From NCBI GenBank assembly GCA_040285855.1, contig JAUFOQ010000017.1, positions 620,001 through 684,000 on the forward strand: a stretch of 64,000 nucleotides of DNA. Reading direction: 5' to 3'. A program made the translations under genes and the position numbers. This DNA is from Eukaryota sp. GEM-RC1 (lineage: Eukaryota). A model generated the notes under the pieces. The model did not search any database and was not told the origin of the DNA. It saw nothing but the letters and a program-made list of their open reading frames with translations. Below, piece by piece: positions 12,870 through 22,859 of this stretch; within the stretch, counting starts at the first letter, position 1, and each line of letters opens with the position of its first letter.

Positions 12870-13775
12870 ATGACTGTTTTACTTGTCTTTCTAGTTATCT
12901 GTGTCGCTCTCTCTGCCGCTGGTGATGTCCTAATCGGTGTCCCCTTTAATCCTTGGAAGTTTCACCACAAGAACCTTTTCTCCATCAATGTCGCATCCAG
13001 ATCTGTTAAACTTGGTTCAGCCTTCCCTGAAGTAACTGGTGTTGGTGCTGCTGTTATGGATCGTCGTGACAACTATTACATCGCCCTCGGAATGTCGATC
13101 AGTTACAAGCCCATTGCCATGGTCTTCAACTCTTCTAACACTCAACGTGTAGGAGACATCCAATTTCCTTATACACCCAATGATCCCCAAAACTGCCGCT
13201 ACGACGATTACAGGAAACAAATTATCACTACTGATGTCCTTGCCAGAACTATCTGGAATCTGGACTGCTCCAAAGCTGAATTCGAAGAAGTCTTTGCTTG
13301 GACCATCAAAGTAGGTGACGAAGATAAACCCGATCCCTCCATTGAAATGTCCCCTTCCGATCAAAGTGCTATCAATCCCTTCATCAGTAAGTACTACGTC
13401 CAAATGAGAAACAAGACTGAAGGAATCGATTATATCGCAACCTTGAACTACAGAACTAATGAACTCGAGTCGATTGTTCCAATTGACACCAAGACTAAGG
13501 GCTGGTTCTACGCCAATGGTCTCTATGCCTTCTCTACCTCTGGAGATTTAGGTAAGATAGATTTGGCTACTGGAAAGTGGGAGTTTTTGTATCGCTTTGG
13601 TCATCTTCCTTGGCTCGAAACTGTTGACTATAGTCCTGATACTAACACTGTATATGCTTCTTATATGGAGGGTGCAGAGTATTTTGTGTCTGGAATTAAC
13701 TTAGAAACTCTGAAGGAAACTTGCAAGATTAAGTTGCCTGAATCACTTTGTTATCTTCGTGTCAACAATCAATGA
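12870..13775 (+). CDS. Secreted protein, probable beta-propeller fold
   Basis: Hydrophobic signal peptide MTVLLVFLVICVALSA; blade-like repeats (GKIDLATGKWE, YSPDTNTVY, GINLETLK). Confidence 0.7.
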   Translation: MTVLLVFLVICVALSAAGDVLIGVPFNPWKFHHKNLFSINVASRSVKLGSAFPEVTGVGAAVMDRRDNYYIALGMSISYKPIAMVFNSSNTQRVGDIQFPYTPNDPQNCRYDDYRKQIITTDVLARTIWNLDCSKAEFEEVFAWTIKVGDEDKPDPSIEMSPSDQSAINPFISKYYVQMRNKTEGIDYIATLNYRTNELESIVPIDTKTKGWFYANGLYAFSTSGDLGKIDLATGKWEFLYRFGHLPWLETVDYSPDTNTVYASYMEGAEYFVSGINLETLKETCKIKLPESLCYLRVNNQ

Positions 13776-14209
13776 GCGTGATAATTGTGGTTTGTATTTA
13801 TAAAGTCAATTATTGTTTGTTTTTATTTCTACACTTCACGGACGTGTGCAAATGAAAAACTGAAACTCATGTACATTGACACTCTATATAGCGTATGTCC
13901 ATAAAACGACTGTAACCCAGTTGAATGCATATTAATCTATTTCTTCAAGATTAATTATGGTTTTAATTGCACCGAAATGACTGTCCCTGGTTCTCTTGTA
14001 TGACAATCTTTGAGCTACTTGACTTCAAGAGCAACACAGATGTTAAGTCTTTTCTAGAATGTGTTGCACAATAACCAAACACCATAGTATTTTTTTTGAG
14101 AGTACTACAATGGTTCAGAATGTACATGTACTGTACTAGTTCTAGTAAATCTGGAAACATCGGAAAAGAAAAGAAAATCTCTCCTTGATCTTTTCTGTCG
14201 AACTGGACA

Positions 14210-15146
14210 ATGTCACAGCACCAACGTTTCACTCATTTGCAACAACTTGGTAAAGGAGCATACGGTACTGTTTATAAAGGGACGGACACAAAAACACACA
14301 AAGTTGTGGCTTTGAAAGTTATCAACATCGATAATGATGATGAAGGCATCCCTTCATGTGCTATTCGCGAAATCTCCTTATTGAAAGACCTTGCTCACCC
14401 TAACATTGTTAAACTCGAAGAAGTTCTCCACTCTGATGTTCATCTCTATCTTGTCTTTGGAGTATATTGATACAGATTTACACAAGTTTCTTGAATTCAA
14501 CGACCTCGTTCTGGATATGCGTATTATCAAATCACTAATGCAACAACTTCTTAGGGGAATACAGACAGTTCACTCCAACAAAATCCTCCACCGGTATGAC
14601 TTCTCCATCTTTCTCATATCAGTGACCTTAAACTCCCCAATCTTCTCATCAAATTAGATAACAAAGAACCGCAACTTAAAATTGCAGATTTTGGTCTGGC
14701 CAGAGCATTTGGTATTCCCATTAAGAGCTACAGTCATGAAGTTGTCACTCTGTGGTATAGAAGCCCAGAATTGTTACTTGGCTCAACACGATATGGCCCA
14801 AGCATTGATATGTGGTCAATTGGTTGTATTTTTGCAGAAATTACCAACGGCAGAGCCCTTTTTCCAGGAAGAACTGTTGATCAACAGATCCAACTTATCT
14901 TTGATGGACTAGGGACACCAAGCCCGTCGATATGGCCTTCTATCGTCAATCTTCCAAGATATGACGAAAAGATTCCCCTTCTCAAGTGGAAAACCTTTAT
15001 CTGAATTGTGCCCACGTCTAGACGATACAGGGTTGGATCTGCTGAGTCGGTTGCTGACATTTGATCCTTCTCAACGTATTACGGCAGATGAAGCCCTTCT
15101 ACATCCATTTTTGTACAATAAATATAGATCTTCAATTGATTGTTAA
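14210..15146 (+). CDS. Cyclin-dependent kinase (PSCAIRE; CDK1/2/5 family); 29-nt intron at 14594-14622; single-base indels at about 14459 and 14978
   Basis: [36 protein letters not shown] (after splicing), [37 protein letters not shown]. Confidence 0.95.
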
Positions 15147-15204
15147 GAAGATGTACTTCACGAATTATGAGTAAATACTGCGTCTAAACACCTGTCTGAT
15201 TCAT

Positions 15205-15330
15205 AGACATCACTTCACTGACTGCTAGTTGAAAATGTGATAATTGACTGAAGGTTGTGATGTACTGGAAATCAACACTAAATGCTGCCTACTGGTTAAG
15301 GTAGACTAAAAAGTTTGAAAAACTAAGTTC
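15205..15330 (-). ncRNA. Candidate Fanzor omegaRNA (scaffold plus flank-derived guide)
   Basis: Lies immediately 3' of the Fanzor stop. Small stem GTCTAC/GTAGGC. Inferred from known Fanzor/TnpB organisation; boundaries not established. Confidence 0.3.
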
Positions 15331-17337
15331 CTGACTGATCGATCAAAACGTCCACATTTTCTTCACTCTCATCTTCTGCAACGACGTCCTTCTCCTCACT
15401 CTCCTCAGTCTCAAGACATTGTACACAACTAATCTCAGAAGTCATTTGTTCAGATTGGCTTCTGCTGAGAATAGTTGGCCTGGGTAGCCCAGCTAACTTT
15501 GCCTTCATGATTTCCATAATGTTGATGCCTGAATTGAAATCCCTGACCCACATAGTAGTACAATGCTGACACTTGAGCAAACCACACGGTTTCACTTCAG
15601 CACGTTTCTCAAATTCCTCTTCAGCTTTTCTCCACTCTTCTTGGAAATCCATACTGTGTTTCTTACAGTACCACTTCAGCCATTTCTTTTCCGTTTCTTC
15701 TTTCGATGGATGTTCGGATCTGGACATGTGATTCCATGATTGTGGGTATTTTCACCAAATATTCCGCCCTTAGCACACTTAGAGCAACACTTACTAGTTC
15801 GGTACTCATCCACTAGAAAAATCTTGAACCCTGCTTTTCTAAATAGCTTCCTCATTGCTTTTCCTTTAATTGTCGGAATAAAACCTTTAGAGCGAAAAGC
15901 AGAGTCGTTCCAATCACCATAACCGATGAGAACTTTGTTTGGTTCACCAAATTTTTTCTTGAAACGGTTGATCATTTGGTCTTCTCCCCGTTTCTTGTTG
16001 GAGTACAACTGAAGTTGTCTCTTTCTAAACCAAGTAGTACTATACAAATTCCAAGTTCTCAAGTTGAATAATTCTTTTTGATAGATGTACTCACAAAACT
16101 CTTCACGAACACAAGATTGTTTTTGTCCTTGATTGACAGCAGCAGAGAAGAGATTCATTGCATCTTTACCAGTTACATCAAGACAAGTAGTTACGTTCTC
16201 CTTGAGTATAAACAAACTTCTTAAACTTGTCTTTTTCTCTCAGCTTAACATCTTCAGAGATTTGAACTTCAGGTTTGGGTGTTCTGTGGTTTCTTCTGTT
16301 CTTAATTACACGTCCTGATGGCTTTCGTGGTCTTGTGGTTGCATTAATTGTAATTCCTTCTTCTTTTAATTCATTAGCAGACTTTTCTGTGACAGCAACA
16401 ATTGGGGCATACTTATTTGGATCAATGCCCACAAGAGTTCTATCCTTTAGATTTAATTCCTCAATATCGGCATCTGTTAAATCATCCAGATACTTTTCTT
16501 CAGTATGCAATTGAATTGTAGAATATTTTTTTCCTACTAAATCGTTTCGTTGTAATACAAGTGAAACTGAAACACCATCAGTTTGGAGTGAGTTTTTAAA
16601 GGAGTAATTTGCCTTAGTAGATTTGAAGCATCTAGCATCTCTGTTAAGTAGGGAATCCCAAATTTCTGTTCCGTATTGGACAGAACGACTTGTGTAAAAT
16701 GTCTTTGTTTGCTTTTGGAAAATTTTCTCTCCAGCAATCTTGGATTCTAAATCGTGAGCTTCAGACATGGCTTCTTTTTGAAAAAATTACCTAAAACAAC
16801 TTTAGTGTCGACTCTAAAATGCTGTGGAATGACAGTGTCTGTTAAAGGAAGACAATTTGGAATACTGCAAGGATTTCCTCTTTCATCAGGTTCAGCTCTA
16901 ACAAGTTTTGTTATAAAAATTGCATGAGACAACAACTTCATTGGATGGACCTTTTGAGAATAGAATAAGTTTTTATCTTTGACAAATAATGACGTAAAAT
17001 GACTTTCCAGATATTCTTTAAAATTTCTACAAATATTTCTTTCAGGATTTTCAAATAAGTCAAAATTGATTTCAGAAATTTTACAATCAATAATATTTTC
17101 TCTCAACAGTTTAAACTGGGTCAACAATTCTTGTTTTTCAATCGCATGGTCTTTTAACTCTGTTATTCTCGACTTTTTATTCAAACAAATGTTCATGGCA
17201 CGGAAAATGTATTCATGAAAGTGCATTTTCAAATGAGTAGCATAATTTGCACGTACATGTCTTGAATGGTATTTCAAAATTTGATCCATCAAAGTGTAGG
17301 AGGGAGCTAGGAAATCGAAATCATCTTCAAATTGAAG
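15323..17337 (-). CDS. Fanzor1-type (eukaryotic TnpB) RNA-guided nuclease, REC-RuvC-zinc-finger part; in four frame segments
   Basis: QILKY...NYATHLKMHF; SLQTDGVSVSLV; RuvC-I LVGIDPNK; FRKRQLQLYSNKKRGEDQMINRFKKKFG; GYGDW; rearranged RuvC-II FLVDEYRTSKCCSKC; GLLKCQHCTTMWVRDFNSGINI (zinc finger + RuvC-III); GLPRPTILSR tail. Confidence 0.92.
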
Positions 17338-19335
17338 CAGGGGTCGGGAAAAAATATTTCTATTGCAATATTTAAATATTTTTCATGAAAAATATTTATT
17401 TTTTGTACACGTAGATAAAAAATATTTATTTTAATCTTTTGCAATACTGTATTTATTGCAATATTTATTTTTTGGAGTAAAAATAAATGATTTGTTGAGA
17501 TGAAGAAAATGATACATAACAGAAGATGTGAAGTTCATTTCAACTATTCTCTTCTTGCTATGTCTCTCAAGCCTAAGGATACGGCCAAATTCTACTTTCG
17601 GAAGGTTACTCCAACCCCAAACAACTGCCCTGAACACAAAGAAGCTTGGCAATGTCGTCTTTGTCCCAACATGATCCCCCTGTATATTCAGCCAAGAACT
17701 GGATACTCCAATTTTATGCCACACGTACACAAATGCCACCCAAACTTCAACGAAGAAATGATCGCCGCCAAAAACAACGCAACCATCAGTCGATTCTTAA
17801 CACCTGTTTTGCCAGACAAGCCGCACAACATTTTCCGATGGCTGGAATGGTGTATTGAGAATCAAATGGCATTTACATTTGTTCAAGATCCAGTGATTCA
17901 AAAAAACTGCAATCTTGACCCAATTGATGTTAAGACATTGGTGAAGTACATGAGACTCTTGTACACCGAAGTTTGTGCTAAGGTAGCCCAGTTGTTGCCT
18001 GAGGAATTTGGACTGATGTTTGACGGATGGAAGCACCCAACAGGAACCACAGAGTTCGTTGGGATGTTTGCGTGCTTTCCGCAGAAGAGTAGACCAGTTT
18101 TACTATCTCTGTTTCCGTTCGAACTGGACGAGGTTTATGACGAGAGCAGTCCATTTAAATCATCCAACGTTGTATTTGGTGCCGAACAATACAAAGAAAA
18201 TATCGCTATTGTGTTGTCAGCGTATGACAAAACTGTAGATGACTTACTGTTTCTCGTTGGAGACAGCTGTGCTACCAACACTCGTCTTGCAGACATACTG
18301 TGTATACCTTTGATTGGTTGTGCTTCGCATAGATTTGCAAATGAAGTCAAGAAATTTTCTGGTGATTTAGATCCCATTTTGAAAGACATTGATGATCTTT
18401 TCACTCAATTGAGACATATCAAAAACACTCTCGTTCTGAAAACCAACACTTCCTTGAGACCTTTGAGGCGGAATTCTACAAGATGGTGGTCTACCATTGC
18501 TATGTTGAAGAGATTTTTTCAATACATTGATAGAAAGTCCTTTGATCTCTTTGACGAAAGTGTCACTCAATTTGTCCCTTCTTTTTTTGAACAGCAACGT
18601 TTGAAAACATTGATGAAACAATATGAAACTTTTCATGTGCCCACGCTTTATCTTCAGCGGGAAAGCATTCCTTTACATCAAATTCACGCTTCACTGGAAC
18701 TTTTTCATCAAAGATTTCCCACCATGAATCAATACACAAGCTATCCTAGCAGTAAACAACACAGCCCTGTGTTTGAATCTGCTATCATCAAAATACTAAA
18801 TGGTCATGAAGACAGACTCTCAACAGCTGAACAAACCAGTGTTGCGTCCTTTCTTAAAGAGGATGTGGAAGAAACCGATATTGAAGAAGAGGATGGCGGC
18901 AATGACGAAAGTGAAGAGTCAGATGTTACCAATTTCGAAGGTGCACTTGATTCGATTGGCCAACCCGACAAGCCAACCAGTAAGTACATTGATTTGAAGT
19001 GGATTCCAGGTACTTCTAATGTATTAGAACGATTGTTTAGTAGGGCTAAGCATACATTAGGAGATTACCGATGTTCTCTGTCAGATAGCAGTTTAGAACA
19101 GCAATTGTATCTGTTGTACAACAGAGATCTTTGGAACGAAGACGATGTAAGAAAAATTATTTCTAAAAGACCCTAAAAGAGGAAAATTTTGATACTGTTA
19201 TATATAAAATATTTAAATATTTATTGCAATTTTCTACTTATTGCAATATTTATTTTTTGAGTATATTTTGAAAAAATATTTATTGGGCAATAAAAAAATA
19301 CATTATTTTATTTAAATATTTTTTCCCGACCCCTG
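17338..19335 (+). mobile_element. Autonomous hAT DNA transposon (1,998 bp) inserted into the Fanzor gene
   Basis: Perfect 22-bp TIRs CAGGGGTCGGGAAAAAATATTT; perfect 8-bp TSD AATTGAAG (17330-17337, 19336-19343); AT-rich subterminal repeats. Confidence 0.96.
17500..19176 (+). CDS. hAT transposase (BED-like zinc finger, DDE, dimerization domain); start may be the ATG at 17560
   Basis: WQCRLC...SNFMPHVHKCH, FDGW, VGDS, GCASH, TRWWS, SNVLERLFS; uninterrupted 558-aa ORF. Confidence 0.93.
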   Translation: MKKMIHNRRCEVHFNYSLLAMSLKPKDTAKFYFRKVTPTPNNCPEHKEAWQCRLCPNMIPLYIQPRTGYSNFMPHVHKCHPNFNEEMIAAKNNATISRFLTPVLPDKPHNIFRWLEWCIENQMAFTFVQDPVIQKNCNLDPIDVKTLVKYMRLLYTEVCAKVAQLLPEEFGLMFDGWKHPTGTTEFVGMFACFPQKSRPVLLSLFPFELDEVYDESSPFKSSNVVFGAEQYKENIAIVLSAYDKTVDDLLFLVGDSCATNTRLADILCIPLIGCASHRFANEVKKFSGDLDPILKDIDDLFTQLRHIKNTLVLKTNTSLRPLRRNSTRWWSTIAMLKRFFQYIDRKSFDLFDESVTQFVPSFFEQQRLKTLMKQYETFHVPTLYLQRESIPLHQIHASLELFHQRFPTMNQYTSYPSSKQHSPVFESAIIKILNGHEDRLSTAEQTSVASFLKEDVEETDIEEEDGGNDESEESDVTNFEGALDSIGQPDKPTSKYIDLKWIPGTSNVLERLFSRAKHTLGDYRCSLSDSSLEQQLYLLYNRDLWNEDDVRKIISKRP

Positions 19336-19640
19336 AATTGAAGTCTCCTTGTAGACAATTGCATTTCTTTGTGAATCCGATGCAAAATTGGCCAGTACCA
19401 GTTCAAACATAAATGGGACATTCTACATCTCATATCAACCAGCTCAGTAGAGACAATTCCTCTTTTAGACTTCGTTGTAGAGTCCTTAGTGACAGAGTCA
19501 GCCATTTCTTCCTCTTCATCCTCGCTTTTTTCGTAGAGTTCATGCATTTTTTCATCACACTCGTGTTGATTGGAATACAGTAACAGTTTCTCTCCGTTTT
19601 GACAAACAGACCACCATAAAGACTCTAGAACCTTGTTTTT
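19336..19640 (-). CDS. Middle segment of the exonuclease-Fanzor gene, 5' of the hAT insertion
   Basis: Open frame KVLESLWWSVC...MHELYEK...STRRLQF, which joins in frame to EDDFDFLAPSYTLMDQILKY once the hAT element and one TSD are removed. Confidence 0.8.
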
Positions 19641-20953
19641 TCTTGAAGAATGTCCAAGTTGGGTAATTCGTGAGGTTTTTCATTTATTTGACGATCATAT
19701 TCATCAATAAAGAATAACTTTAAGAGCATTCTACCTCTGGTATTGATTCTACTAAAATTCTTTCCAATTCTGCGAAATTCATTAAGATCAGATTGTTGAT
19801 TTTGGGGATTGGGATCTTTTAGAATTTGACGAAGATCACATTTGACAGATTTAACAGCAGGAAGAAACAACATTGTTTGCAGTTTTTTATCTAAGAAGAA
19901 GTCTACTAAGTGACGACATAATTCAACATCATTAATACAATAACAAGCAAGAGACGTACGGTCCTCATCTGAACCATTCCACAAACGTTCAATTTCTTTT
20001 AACTTGGCTAAAGTAGTTTGATTTCTTAGCACTTCATAACCTTGACTCTTGTACTTAGTTGTAAGACGAAGTTTCTCATCTTCAGATAAAAGATCCAATT
20101 TTTGAACTCGTGAACCTTCAAACAGATATGAAACAACATTTTCCAATGATCTACCTCCGGGAAATGTATAAGTAGAACGTAAGAGTTGATACAAATCGAG
20201 AGACCAAATAGAAGCAAGATTTGACTTCTTAGCCCATCTTTGAAAAAACCACGGACAACAAACAGAACCTTCACCCAGTTTAATTAAGAAATTGATTTCC
20301 ACATCAAGCAGTTGACATCGACGAATAATAAACGGCAAATCAAATGAATTTAAATTGTAACCACAAATGAGTTTTGGCTTTTCCAATTTCAGGAGATGAA
20401 TAAATTCAACCAACATTTCCTTTTCATTTTCAAAATGAAGAACTTCAGCATTGAGATCATCAGTAAGAACTGGCTTAGAAGTCAACAAGAAACTCCTTGA
20501 CTCTTGTAAAGGATGTTCAAAAGTATTTACAAGTTGGATTCCAATCTGGATGATTGAATCATTTTCAAAGTCAGGTTTCAACTCATCTGGTTCTTCAGAC
20601 AATTCAGAGATTGGTTTGGCTTCTGAATCGAGTTCATCGTCTGCAGCATCTTTTTTCTCCGAAGTTTTAGGGAGTTTTACAGTATGCAATTCTTTTGCCG
20701 AAAGAGATTCAATGTCCAGAAAAAAATATAACTCCTCAGCTTCTAGAAACTGCAAAGGAGATTCGGACAGTTCAGTTTTCTTCTTATGAGCAGGTTCTGT
20801 ACCAAGACTTGAAAGACTCAATCTTGTACTGAGGGGATCAGAATTGGGATTAGATTGTGGACCTGGATTGGATTCCACATTACCATCAGACGTAAGATCA
20901 ATTTTAAACTGCAGTCTGCAATCAAAACTGACAGAAATTTGGAAAAACGACAC
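19625..20953 (-). CDS. 2A-like peptide + PolB-type 3'-5' (DEDDy) exonuclease fused to the Fanzor1 N-terminus
   Basis: DLTSDGNVESNPGP; ExoI FLDIES; IIQIG; FENEKEMLVEF; ExoII GYNLNSFDLPFI; LDLYQ...SLENV; ExoIII YCINDV. Then, in the same frame, SVKCDLRQILK...SRINTRGRMLLKLFFIDEYD...LP, which resembles Fanzor1 N-termini. Confidence 0.85.
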   Translation of the reverse strand: MSFFQISVSFDCRLQFKIDLTSDGNVESNPGPQSNPNSDPLSTRLSLSSLGTEPAHKKKTELSESPLQFLEAEELYFFLDIESLSAKELHTVKLPKTSEKKDAADDELDSEAKPISELSEEPDELKPDFENDSIIQIGIQLVNTFEHPLQESRSFLLTSKPVLTDDLNAEVLHFENEKEMLVEFIHLLKLEKPKLICGYNLNSFDLPFIIRRCQLLDVEINFLIKLGEGSVCCPWFFQRWAKKSNLASIWSLDLYQLLRSTYTFPGGRSLENVVSYLFEGSRVQKLDLLSEDEKLRLTTKYKSQGYEVLRNQTTLAKLKEIERLWNGSDEDRTSLACYCINDVELCRHLVDFFLDKKLQTMLFLPAVKSVKCDLRQILKDPNPQNQQSDLNEFRRIGKNFSRINTRGRMLLKLFFIDEYDRQINEKPHELPNLDILQEKTRF

Positions 20954-21823
20954 TTCAACAAAATTTCACCACCACCACTTTCAAAACCACCACCACCACC
21001 ACCGATCCACTGAATTTAACAAGGAGGCAAGTTTGGGGGCTGGAAAGCAGTGTGTTGCCCTGGTGGTTCTATCACCATGCTGGGCATGTAAAAATAATAG
21101 GCCTGACTGCCAAAAACAACACACATACTCCCATAAAAAACCCTCGACTTCGAAAAAATAAAAAATTTGGATTGAATTGGATCAATGACCAAAAATGCCT
21201 TCCTTGGGGTTTTGCTTGAACAATGATGCCTTTGAATAGCATATTGCCGCCCGGTCCCACCCAGGCTGTATGGATACAAGATATCTACAGAAGTTGCTTC
21301 TGTAGAATTCCACCTGATTTGATAGGATGACTTTCCCACCAAAAACAGGCCTCTCATAGCCGTCGAATCAATGAACATCGACACGTGAGCAAAAAAATGG
21401 ACCATTTTGTGGGTTGTTGGTATTTATAGATGTGTCTACAGTGTCATGTCAGTCAAGACATTTATTGACGATTGTCTTCATTTTTCACTTTTCAGTGTCC
21501 TCTACATGGACAATTGTCATAAATTTGTTCCTTTCAGTTGTTCTTTAAACAATTCACATCTTTATTCTCTTCACACTTTCCTTCTCAAGATGATGTATAA
21601 AGATTCGTATTGGTTTTCTACACACACTTTAACCAAAATCACGCTACAAATGTCCCACTTTCTTTCTTTTTCTGTTCTTATCCTTTGTTTTGATATAAAT
21701 AAAAGTATAATTGGGCGCGGACACAATTTGGTCTCTTGTGATGTTCGTTTAAAAAGTCAATTGTTCTTCATTGCTCAACTTCTAGTAAAAGAATTGGTTC
21801 CTTTAAACACTCTACGAATCCAT

Positions 21824-22624
21824 ATGACAAGTAAACGATCAAAGTACACACATGAAGAAGATTGTCTCTTGTTACGGTATCTTTATCAAGACTTAAAAGG
21901 CGCTGGAGGTTTTGATTATGACCTTCAACTAGGAGGCAATGCCTACTGGAAAGACCTCACTAAATCTTTACATGGACAAGGGATGCTCATAACTCATTCG
22001 TGGCAGTCCATCCGTACACACTTCACCAAAATCTTAAAACCATACTTTGACAAGGGCAAGTTTCCCCCAATACATCTCCAACATCTGCTCCTCAATCTCT
22101 ACAAAAGAAAAAGAAAGAACCCCTGAAACTTCCATCTTCTCGTTCTACACCTGTTTCAACTAGTACCACCCCTACTTCTACCACCATTGACACCTCAGAT
22201 TTGACTACCTCTCAGCAACTTGAATGTGATATTATCAGCAATTTGACAGGTGCTTTCCAACCAAGAAACGCCAGCTCTGATCAATTGTCTGATCAAAGTA
22301 GTTCTTCCCCAAGTTCCTCTCCAACTCCTCCTTCCTTTGCCCTACCACCGTTCCCTGATACTTGTAGCTCTCCTTTAACGCCAGATGCCTCTCCACCAGG
22401 AGCCTCTACTCTAAATGAGCATCCCAATGTCTTCTCGTCGTCCTCTCCTGAAAAGAACGTAGTAATAGTGAGACAGAAGAACCGGACATTCAGAATCAGC
22501 TACATCGAGTACTTTCAGAGTATACAACACCTAGCTATCTGAAGAGACTGTCTTCTAAAGTTGATTCAGTTGAGAAGGTACGGAAACTTCAACGTCAATT
22601 AGATGAGTTTCTAGAATCAGTTTA
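21824..22624 (+). CDS. Rap1/TERF2IP-type Myb-domain protein with S/T/P-rich tail; frameshifts at about 22110 and 22500; end approximate
   Basis: RSKYTHEEDCLLLRYL...GGNAYWKDL...THSWQSIRTHFTKIL matches the Rap1 Myb pattern (FTxxDD...GNxxWK...HSWQSxxxRYxKxL). Confidence 0.7.
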
Positions 22625-22859
22625 GATTGATTAATCGACAGTGTGTTTTATCACTGCTATCTAGTTCTTGTATTGAGTACAATACTCATGTTATTGTTAT
22701 GTTTAGTGAGTTGTAGATCTTTAGCTACTACTAGTAGTTGAAGTTTCTTATGTGTCTTTTTACTTTTATATTTTTTGTCTTTTCGCTTGAGTTGACGTTG
22801 ATACTGTTTGTTCTTGTATTTTAGTTAGTCATTTTTTAGAGATGTGTATGAAGTATAGT

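Noticed and set aside
17338..19335. hAT transposase as the cognate mobiliser of the Fanzor
   Set aside because: It has its own TIRs and TSD, lies on the opposite strand and interrupts the Fanzor reading frame.
19625..20953. Truncated family-B DNA polymerase or Polinton/virus remnant
   Set aside because: No polymerase palm motifs follow ExoIII, the frame runs into Fanzor-like sequence, and no capsid, packaging ATPase or integrase genes are nearby.
20960..21003. Poly-His protein on the plus strand (ORF 20844-21161)
   Set aside because: It arises from CAC/ACC microsatellite runs antisense to the Exo-Fanzor leader; no other coding signal.
21016..21405. 129-aa ORF, or an HDV-like ribozyme, upstream of the 2A motif
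   Set aside because: The protein shows no recognisable motif. GGGCAACA resembles HDV sequence, but I could not build the nested double pseudoknot by eye.
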